Of a DNA stretch of 64,000 bases, positions 17,582 through 24,539 are shown piece by piece. Under the pieces are notes generated by a model that made no database searches, was not told the origin of the DNA, and saw only the letters and a program-made list of their open reading frames with translations. Position 1 is the first letter of the stretch. Every line of letters starts with the position of its first letter. Both the position numbers and the translations under genes were made by a program. This stretch comes from Thermoanaerobaculia bacterium. GTDB lineage: Bacteria > Acidobacteriota > Thermoanaerobaculia > Multivoradales > UBA5704. The stretch spans positions 4,665-68,664 of the forward strand of contig DASPXX010000275.1 in the NCBI GenBank assembly GCA_035637095.1, read 5' to 3'.

Positions 17582-17846
17582 GAACCTCCGCGTTGAGAGC
17601 GCGGGCGAGGCGCACCATTGTTGCGAGGGTGAAGTTCACTTTTCCCCGCAGGAGCTTGGTTACGTAAGCCGGAGTGGCACCGAGCCTCTGGGCAAGAGCC
17701 GTACAGGTCATCCCTTGGCGCTTCATCTCGCGGACCACATCTTCGGTGAACTCGAGGATTGCACCAGCCACCCAGTAGTCCTCGTGCTCTTCTGCTCGCT
17801 CGAACAGCTGGGGGAAAGTTCTTGGTCTCACAGCCGGGGGCCTCAT
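17526..17846 (-). CDS. XRE-family helix-turn-helix protein
   Basis: HTH text ...MTCTALAQRLGATPAYVTKLLRGKVNFTLATMVRLARAL. The ATG at 17846 overlaps the stop of the PIN-like gene (ATGA). Confidence 0.7.
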   Translation of the reverse strand: MRPPAVRPRTFPQLFERAEEHEDYWVAGAILEFTEDVVREMKRQGMTCTALAQRLGATPAYVTKLLRGKVNFTLATMVRLARALNAEVHVQLTGPTLAGAKRAHAK

Positions 17847-18328
17847 TCGCCCACTTTTGCCAAGGCTTCGTCCACCAGCCGCGGCTTCAGGCGCAACCCG
17901 GCGTCGCATAGCGCCTCGATGACGGGGCGTGCTGCGCTGATCAGGCCGCGATGGCGGCAGAGAACTACGATGCCCAACGTGCCGATCATGGGAAGGCCCA
18001 GACTGTGTGCACAGCGACGTGCCGCCAGATCGTCCAAGACGACCTCCGACCCAGGCCTTGCAAGTCCATGGATCAGGACTTGAGACTCCCCGGCTCCCAA
18101 GTCCCAGGAGCGGATCTGATCGGGAACCGGCTGATCGTCAACTCGGAGCACCGAGGAGAGATCCTTGATCCGGTCGGCCGTGTCGTCGTGATCGGCACCA
18201 GCATGGATCTCGCGGATCACAGCCTCTGGTACGATAAGGGTCTTCGCCAGAGAGGCCAGGAGGTCGAGGCGGTCGGTCCGGGAGAGGAGAATCAACGGCG
18301 AGGCATTGACGACCAGGACCCTATCCAC
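17843..18328 (-). CDS. PIN-like (DUF3368/COG2405) predicted nuclease toxin
   Basis: VDRVLVVNASPLILLSRTDRLDLL...LIVPEAVIREI...DLGAGESQVL...VLDDLAARRCA...GLPMIGTLGIV. GTG at 18328 overlaps the UPF0175 stop (GTGGATAG). Confidence 0.7.
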   Translation of the reverse strand: MDRVLVVNASPLILLSRTDRLDLLASLAKTLIVPEAVIREIHAGADHDDTADRIKDLSSVLRVDDQPVPDQIRSWDLGAGESQVLIHGLARPGSEVVLDDLAARRCAHSLGLPMIGTLGIVVLCRHRGLISAARPVIEALCDAGLRLKPRLVDEALAKVGE

Positions 18329-18572
18329 GCGCCAGGACCTCGTCGAGATCCTCCAGCGTCTCCTGGCAAGCCGAGACGCCGCTCTCCGACAGGGCGTCGA
18401 GGAACCCGGCTCGACTAACTCCCGCGAGCTCCGCGGCTCGACCTTGGGAGACTCGGCCCTGGGCATACCAGATCACCGCCGCCGCCAAGCGCATCTCTCG
18501 GGCAACCTCCTCCGGAGATCTCCGCAGGGTCGCAAAAACGTCGGAGTCGAATTCCACCTGGACCCGGGTCAT
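18321..18572 (-). CDS. UPF0175-family antitoxin
   Basis: MTRVQVEFDSDVFATLRRSPEEVAREMRLAAAVIWYAQGRVSQGRAAELAGVSRAGFLDAL is typical UPF0175/COG2886. It starts 23 nt downstream of the ffh stop. Confidence 0.75.
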   Translation of the reverse strand: MTRVQVEFDSDVFATLRRSPEEVAREMRLAAAVIWYAQGRVSQGRAAELAGVSRAGFLDALSESGVSACQETLEDLDEVLARG

Positions 18573-18595
18573 CGTTGACCTCCTATCGACGCGCT

Positions 18596-19930
18596 TCACC
18601 CCTGCATCCCCGCCCCGCTCCCCAGCGCACGGCGGAGCCATTTGCCCTGGACTCCCTTCATCATCTTCTGCATCTGCTTGTACTGCTTGAGGAGGCGGTT
18701 GATCTCGGCGACCGAGGTGCCGGAGCCCATGGAGATGCGGCGCTTGCGGCTGCCGTTCAGGACGTCCGGCCGGTTGCGCTCCTGCGGGGTCATCGAGTTG
18801 ATGATCGCTTCGACCCGGCGCAGGCCTCCCTCGTCGACGTTCGCGGCGTCGAACCCCTTGAGCGGGCCGACCTTCGGCAGCATCTCCATGACCGAGGCGA
18901 GCGGGCCGAGGCGGCGGATCTGGCGCAGCTGGTCGCGCAGGTCTTCCAGGGTGAACTGGTTCTTGACCATGCGCTGGGCGAGACGCTGCGTCTCCGCTGA
19001 ATCGAGCCCGCGCTCGGCCTTTTCGATGAGCGACATGATGTCGCCCATGCCGATCATCCGTGAGGCCATGCGCTCGGGATGGAACAGCTCGAGGTCGTCG
19101 TACTTCTCGCCGATGCCGACGAAGCGGATCGGCACGCGCGCCACGGTGCGGATCGAGAGCGCCGCGCCGCCGCGGGAGTCGCCGTCGAGCTTGGTGAGGA
19201 TGGCGCCGGTGAGCGGCAGGGCCGCCGAGAACTGCTCGGCGCTCTTCACCGCGTCCTGACCGGTCATCGAGTCGGCGACGAACAGGGTCTCGTGCGGCTT
19301 GATGCGGTCGGCGAGGCGGCGGATCTCGTCCATCAGCGCTTCATCGACGTGGAGGCGGCCGGCGGTGTCCATGATCACCACGTCGTGGCCGCGCTGGCGG
19401 GCCACGGCGAGGGCGCGCTCGCCCAGGGCGATCACGGTCTCGCCCGGCTCCGGCTCCAGGACCGGCACCTCGACCCCCTTGCCGACCTGCTTGAGCTGCT
19501 CGACGGCGGCGGCGCGCTGGAGGTCGCCCGCGACCAGGAGCGGATGCTTGCCGCGCTTCTTGAGGCGCTTGGCCAGCTTGCCGGCGGTGGTCGTCTTGCC
19601 CGAGCCCTGGAGGCCGCAGAGCAGGATCACCGCCGGGCGGCCGTCGAGGCGGAGCTCGGTCCCCTCTTCGCCCAGGAGAGCGGCGAGCTCGTCGCGCACG
19701 ATCTTGACCACCTGCTGGGCCGGGGTGAGGCTCTCGAGCACCTCAGCCCCGAGAGAGCGCTCGCGCACCCGTTCGACGAACGGCTTGACCACCCGCAGGT
19801 GCACGTCGGCTTCGAGGAGCGCCAGCCGGATCTGGCGGAGAGCCGCGTCGAGCGCCTCGGGTGTGACCTTGCCTTCGCCCTTGAGGCGGCTGAAGACGTC
19901 CTGGAGCTTGTTCTGGAGACCGTCGAACAT
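18596..19930 (-). CDS. ffh: signal recognition particle protein Ffh (SRP54)
   Basis: 444 aa from MFDGLQNKLQDVF. GTPase motifs GLQGSGKTTTAGKLA, DTAGR, TKLDG. Met-rich M domain at the C-terminus. Confidence 0.97.
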   Translation of the reverse strand: MFDGLQNKLQDVFSRLKGEGKVTPEALDAALRQIRLALLEADVHLRVVKPFVERVRERSLGAEVLESLTPAQQVVKIVRDELAALLGEEGTELRLDGRPAVILLCGLQGSGKTTTAGKLAKRLKKRGKHPLLVAGDLQRAAAVEQLKQVGKGVEVPVLEPEPGETVIALGERALAVARQRGHDVVIMDTAGRLHVDEALMDEIRRLADRIKPHETLFVADSMTGQDAVKSAEQFSAALPLTGAILTKLDGDSRGGAALSIRTVARVPIRFVGIGEKYDDLELFHPERMASRMIGMGDIMSLIEKAERGLDSAETQRLAQRMVKNQFTLEDLRDQLRQIRRLGPLASVMEMLPKVGPLKGFDAANVDEGGLRRVEAIINSMTPQERNRPDVLNGSRKRRISMGSGTSVAEINRLLKQYKQMQKMMKGVQGKWLRRALGSGAGMQG

Positions 19931-20034
19931 GGAAAAACCTCGAAGTCGGAGAACGGGGATCGGACGGCCCCTGTCCTGCCGGACCGCCGGGATGGGAATG
20001 GTAACACGGGGGAGGTTTCGGCCTGCTACGTGCG

Positions 20035-21372
20035 CTACCCTTCGCCCAGATTTTTCAGGATCTCGTAAAGCTGAGAGCGGCTGATCCCGGCGCGTTCGGC
20101 GGCCATCTCTTTGTTGCCGTCCGTTTCGGCCAGAACTGCGCGGAAGTAGCGTGCGCGCACACGGTCGCTGACCTGGCGCCAAGTCTCGCGGGCCGGGTCG
20201 AACCGCACGCTGTGGTCCGGCTCGGCCTGGGAAGACTGGCGCTGGGCTGCTTCGAGGAGATGGAGGGCGCTGATCATTCCGTCCGGGCCGGAGGCGTAGG
20301 CGGCGGCCTGCCGCACTGCCAGACGGAGCTCTCGCACGTTGCCCGGCCAGGTGTGGCGAAACAGAGAGTCGAGCACCCCGGCGGGGATCTTCCGAGTCCC
20401 CAAGTACTCTCGGTTGTATTCGTCGAGGAAGCTTTGCACCAGCAGAGGCAGGTCGGCCCGCCGCTCGCGCAAGGGGGGCAGGCGCAGGGTGAAGCCGCGC
20501 AGCCGCTCGTAGAGATCGCGGCGAAACTGTTCCTCCGAGGCGGTCTCCAGGTCCCGGCGAGTGGCCAGCACGAGCCGGGCCCGCACCGGTTCCCAGCGGT
20601 TGCCACCCACCGGCCGCACCTTGCGCTCTTCGAGGACCCGCAAGAGCTTCGCCTGGGCCGCCGGGGTCAAGTCGCCGATCTCGTCGAGAAAGAAGGTTCC
20701 TTCACCCGCGGCGACGAGCAGACCCGTGCGCTGTCTTTCGGCTCCCGAGAAGGCACCGCGCTCGTGGCCGAACAGCTCACTGGCGAGCAGCTCCGCGGTG
20801 AACTCCGCGCTGTTGACCGCTATCAGGTCTCCCGGCCGGCCGCTCCGGCGGTGGATCTCCTGGGCCACCCGTTCCTTGCCCGTTCCCGTCTCCCCCAGGA
20901 TCAGGACCGTTTCGTGAAGAGGAGCCACGGTCTCGATCTGCCGATAGAGATCCTGGAGCACGGCGGTGCCGCCCCACAAGTCACCGCAGCGAAACGGCAT
21001 CACATCGCCGGCCAGAATGAGCTCCCCCAGCACCCGCTCGGCCACAGCCTGCCCTTCCCAGCTCCGGGGGGCCACCAAGGCGGAAGCACCGCATTCGAGA
21101 ACCGCCCGGCGGTCGACCGGGGTCAGTTGGGGGCAGCACACCAGCATCGGAATGACAGGGCCCAGGGCTTCGCGCAACTGCGCCACCTCTTCGCCCAGCT
21201 CCACGATCTCGATCCCCGGGAGGACCAGGACCGCCCGGTCGATCTCTTTCGGAAGGCGCAGCGGCACACCGGCGCACAGCGGCAGCACCTCGGCATCGAG
21301 CCCACAGCGAGCAAGCTCCCGCGCCATGCCTGCGAGATCGAAGGACGAGGAGGCGGTGACGAGGATCTTCAT
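20035..21372 (-). CDS. sigma-54-dependent transcriptional activator (bEBP) with Asp-less pseudo-receiver N-domain
   Basis: AAA+ core: Walker A GETGTGKE, GAFSGA loop (ELFGHERGAFSGA), LFLDEIG, and a C-terminal Fis-type HTH (...AAERAGISRSQLYEILKNLG). The N-terminal ~120 aa are receiver-like but lack the acidic pocket and phospho-Asp (VLVLPGIE). Confidence 0.9.
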   Translation of the reverse strand: MKILVTASSSFDLAGMARELARCGLDAEVLPLCAGVPLRLPKEIDRAVLVLPGIEIVELGEEVAQLREALGPVIPMLVCCPQLTPVDRRAVLECGASALVAPRSWEGQAVAERVLGELILAGDVMPFRCGDLWGGTAVLQDLYRQIETVAPLHETVLILGETGTGKERVAQEIHRRSGRPGDLIAVNSAEFTAELLASELFGHERGAFSGAERQRTGLLVAAGEGTFFLDEIGDLTPAAQAKLLRVLEERKVRPVGGNRWEPVRARLVLATRRDLETASEEQFRRDLYERLRGFTLRLPPLRERRADLPLLVQSFLDEYNREYLGTRKIPAGVLDSLFRHTWPGNVRELRLAVRQAAAYASGPDGMISALHLLEAAQRQSSQAEPDHSVRFDPARETWRQVSDRVRARYFRAVLAETDGNKEMAAERAGISRSQLYEILKNLGEG

Positions 21373-22826
21373 CTTCTTCCCCGCGGATAATACGCCCGGG
21401 GCCTGGCGTTGAGGGTCTGGACCCCCCGGAATCTCAGAGCACCCGCGTCAAAACCTTCGAGAATGACCTGCCTGCTCGTCCCCCGGCTGAACATGGCCGT
21501 TAGCACCTCCTCTGCGAGATGCCAGGTCTTGTCGGATTCCACCTCACCTTCGAAGCCGATGGCGACACCGGCGCCGCACTCTGCGAAGGTCCGGGCGAGC
21601 ACATGAGAATCGCAGGTCAGGAAGAGCGCCAGCCGCAGGTCGCATTGGCTGAAGCAGTCAACCCACTGCTCTTGTGTCACGTTCATCCCCGGGATATGGA
21701 GGCCGGACCTCGCCGATCCGTGCCCCATGTGGATCCATACATTGGGCTCGGCGGCCAAAGCTCGAACCACCCGTTCGGGTTGAATCGCCAGCTCGATCTG
21801 GCTCTCCAGAGCATGCGGCACCTTGCGCAGCAGCCTGCCCACCTCCTCGGCTGCCGTCAGCCACTGGCCGACCTCGCTCTCGCCGGAGCTGAAGGCTCCG
21901 GTGAACAGCAAGGAGGGGTACTGGAGGGCCGGCCGCAGGATCGGCGCAGGCCGGGCCTGCACGGCGTGAATCGATTCCGGAACGAGGAAAGAGGACGGAT
22001 ACCATTTGCGGAGCTCGTTGAGCCGGAGGAGGAAATACCAGAGCTCGAGCTCGCCGTGAAAAAGCAACGGAGGAGGGAGACGCTGATTCTCGCAGAAGCG
22101 GCTTAAGCTACCGGATGGATCCCGGTTGACGGTCGCGAAGAGGCAAGCCCGATGGAGCGGATCTTCCGTATAGGTTTTCAACCTCTCGGCAGAGGGCATC
22201 TCATCGGTCACGACCAGCACCAGGTTGGAATCGGCTCGATGGCTCGGGTCAGCGATCACCAGGGGTTGGAGGAGCCTGCCGACCAGATCCCGGCCTTCGT
22301 ACTGCTCGGTGAGGAAAGCGCAGCGCCACTCTCGGTGGTCGGCGATGTCATTCAGCACCTGCCGCCGATCTTTGGTCTGCCTGGCTCCCCTGCTCAAAGA
22401 TCTGTGCAAGGGCTCTGGGTTCTCGGAGGTGTAGCTCTCCAGAACTTGCACCAGGTCGGTGACTCCCTCCTCCAGCAGCACCCTCATCCAATCTCCAAGG
22501 CTCTCCTGGATTGAAACCAGCTCATTCGAGAGCTTCAGGCGCTCGACCACAAAGAACAACCGCGCTCCCCAGATCCGCTTGCGCGCCTGGCCCAGGATTC
22601 CTTTGAGTACCGACTGCCGGATTCCGTAGGGGAATTCCTCCTCGTCAAAGCCGAGAAAGACATCATAGAGAGGGATTTCGCTGCTTTGGTCCCTCCTCCC
22701 TGCCTCCTCGACCAATCTCCGACAGAGCTCCTCCCACTGCTTCTCCTGAGCTTCTGGCGTTTCCTTGATCCACCAGGAGAAAAGGGGCTCGTAGTCCCCC
22801 TCTGCCTGGACGATAACGTAGGGCAT
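21369..22826 (-). CDS. CHAT/caspase-fold-like protein with unknown ~330-aa N-terminal region
   Basis: 485 aa. The C-terminal ...NVWIHMGHGSARSGLHIPG...DLRLALFLTCDSHVLARTFAECGAGVAIGFEGEV fits the CHAT His...Cys dyad context (HxGHG / LxxC). ATGA overlap with the EBP gene. Confidence 0.65.
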   Translation of the reverse strand: MPYVIVQAEGDYEPLFSWWIKETPEAQEKQWEELCRRLVEEAGRRDQSSEIPLYDVFLGFDEEEFPYGIRQSVLKGILGQARKRIWGARLFFVVERLKLSNELVSIQESLGDWMRVLLEEGVTDLVQVLESYTSENPEPLHRSLSRGARQTKDRRQVLNDIADHREWRCAFLTEQYEGRDLVGRLLQPLVIADPSHRADSNLVLVVTDEMPSAERLKTYTEDPLHRACLFATVNRDPSGSLSRFCENQRLPPPLLFHGELELWYFLLRLNELRKWYPSSFLVPESIHAVQARPAPILRPALQYPSLLFTGAFSSGESEVGQWLTAAEEVGRLLRKVPHALESQIELAIQPERVVRALAAEPNVWIHMGHGSARSGLHIPGMNVTQEQWVDCFSQCDLRLALFLTCDSHVLARTFAECGAGVAIGFEGEVESDKTWHLAEEVLTAMFSRGTSRQVILEGFDAGALRFRGVQTLNARPRAYYPRGRR

Positions 22827-22841
22827 GGTCTAGCCTCACGC

Positions 22842-24539
22842 TCAACGCGCCGCCGGAAGCTGGAGAACGAAACGGTGACCGAAGCTCCCGGGGATCGCGT
22901 CGGAGTCCTCCTCCAAGGAGCCTCCGACCGTTTCCGCCAGGATTCTCGCGAGGTACAGGCCCAGCCGGTGCCCCTTTAGGGCCTCGTCGGCGATTTCCTC
23001 GCCCAGCTCCGGAAGCGGGGTGAAGGGAGCGAAGAGGAGGTCCCTCATCCGTTTCGGCATCCGCCGGCTCGTTTGCTCCTCGAGGAGGACTTGGGCCCTC
23101 CCGCCATCTTGGCCAAGGCGGCATTGGATGGAGCGCGGGGCCTCTTCATTCCGGGGCAACCTCGTGAGCCGCCGCCCCAACCAGAACAGGATCTGAGAAA
23201 CAGCCTTCTCCACTTCCACCTTCGGCGCTTCCGCAGTACAGCTCCCCTCGATCATCATGGCGGTGTCCGGCAATCGGAGATGGCCGGAGAGACTGGAGGA
23301 CCATCGGTAGGACAACAGCTCCTTCAGCTCGATCGTTTCGCTGACCGCGTCCACTTTCGCCCTGTCTGAAAGCAGCTCGACCTGTGACAGCATCTCACCG
23401 GCACTCCGGAGCTGCTGAGCCACCGCATGGAGCTTCCCCAGGGGGACTTTCCCCTCTTGCTCCCTTCCCTGCTCCTCAGCCTCACGAAGAAGCCCCTCCA
23501 TCTCCTGTCCCTGGTAAAGGCAAAAGTCGCTGGTTGCTCTCAACAGGGTTCGACGCTCCATGTCGATCGTCGCCCACAGCCCGGCGAGCTCCGCCCATCG
23601 CGCCATAACGGTCGGCGTCAGGTAGTTGGCTAGGATGGGAGCCAAATCGGCGGCAGGTTCTTCGGCAGCGCCGACGCCCGACGACAAGCCGAGACTCAGG
23701 AATCCCCCCTCCACATCTCCCAAGGGAATGAAGGCGGCACGATCGAGACGGGCGAGAGCTCTGGTGGCCGGTCCATGCTCTCCGGCAGGAAGACCTCGAA
23801 CCCAGGAGTCCTGTTGCGCATCGATAACTAACGGTTCTAGCGCGCCGAGCTTGCCATGAACAGCGGTTTGAATCCGTCGGAGCAGGCCGGAATCCTCTAT
23901 GTCCATCTGGCTTCCTAGAGAGTGAAAGAACCTCCGCCGGGAGGTTGCAAGAAGAACGAAGCCTCCGCCTAAGATCGCTTCAAGCTCCGGTTTCAGCAGG
24001 TCGCGACAGAACCCCGCCCTGGCATCATCCAGACTCTGGCTTTTTCGGGCAATCTCCAGAATGCCCTCCGTCTCATTGGGGAGATCACTCCGCAAAGCTC
24101 GCCGCAATGCCAGCGCTTTCACGTGGTGTGCGATGCGGTCAATTCGTGGCGGCTTCCCTGGAGCAGGAATTGGATCATCCGGGTCTCCGCCCAGCTCTCC
24201 TTTCCGCAGGTAAGCCGCTGCACCGAGCTGGATGGCAGCCTGGTAGTAGTCCGGCTTCTCGTGAGCGCTATAAACAAGAAATTCAGGGAGCCTTCGACGC
24301 TGCCGCTGCCATTCCTCTTTGAGCCATAAACCAAAGTCGAGCCCATTCCCGCCCCTTCCCAACTCAACGTCGATCAGCACCACGTCGAGATCTTCCCCCA
24401 GATCCCCACTCTTCTTTCTCGCGCCCTCTTCATCCTTTGCGGTGGCAACGAGAAAACCCCGCTTCTCGAGGCCGCCTCTCAGCAGACCCCGCAGGGCATC
24501 GCGATCTTCTACAACCAGGACCCACTTACTACGTTTCAT
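22842..24539 (-). CDS. response-regulator receiver + GAF-like + degenerate HATPase-like (pseudokinase) protein
   Basis: The receiver looks intact (VLVVEDRD...VVLIDVEL...VYSAHE...YLRKG). The C-terminus keeps a G2-like GHRLGLYLARILAETVGGSL, but I see no H-box His, N-box Asn or DxGxG. Confidence 0.8.
   Translation of the reverse strand: MKRSKWVLVVEDRDALRGLLRGGLEKRGFLVATAKDEEGARKKSGDLGEDLDVVLIDVELGRGGNGLDFGLWLKEEWQRQRRRLPEFLVYSAHEKPDYYQAAIQLGAAAYLRKGELGGDPDDPIPAPGKPPRIDRIAHHVKALALRRALRSDLPNETEGILEIARKSQSLDDARAGFCRDLLKPELEAILGGGFVLLATSRRRFFHSLGSQMDIEDSGLLRRIQTAVHGKLGALEPLVIDAQQDSWVRGLPAGEHGPATRALARLDRAAFIPLGDVEGGFLSLGLSSGVGAAEEPAADLAPILANYLTPTVMARWAELAGLWATIDMERRTLLRATSDFCLYQGQEMEGLLREAEEQGREQEGKVPLGKLHAVAQQLRSAGEMLSQVELLSDRAKVDAVSETIELKELLSYRWSSSLSGHLRLPDTAMMIEGSCTAEAPKVEVEKAVSQILFWLGRRLTRLPRNEEAPRSIQCRLGQDGGRAQVLLEEQTSRRMPKRMRDLLFAPFTPLPELGEEIADEALKGHRLGLYLARILAETVGGSLEEDSDAIPGSFGHRFVLQLPAAR

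Noticed and set aside
14890-18596. Search for an integrase/recombinase, tRNA or short perfect att core within or beside the ffh-bracketed islet.
   Set aside because: I see no ORF with tyrosine or serine recombinase motifs and no tRNA-like cloverleaf. The island interpretation therefore rests only on the duplication and the composition.
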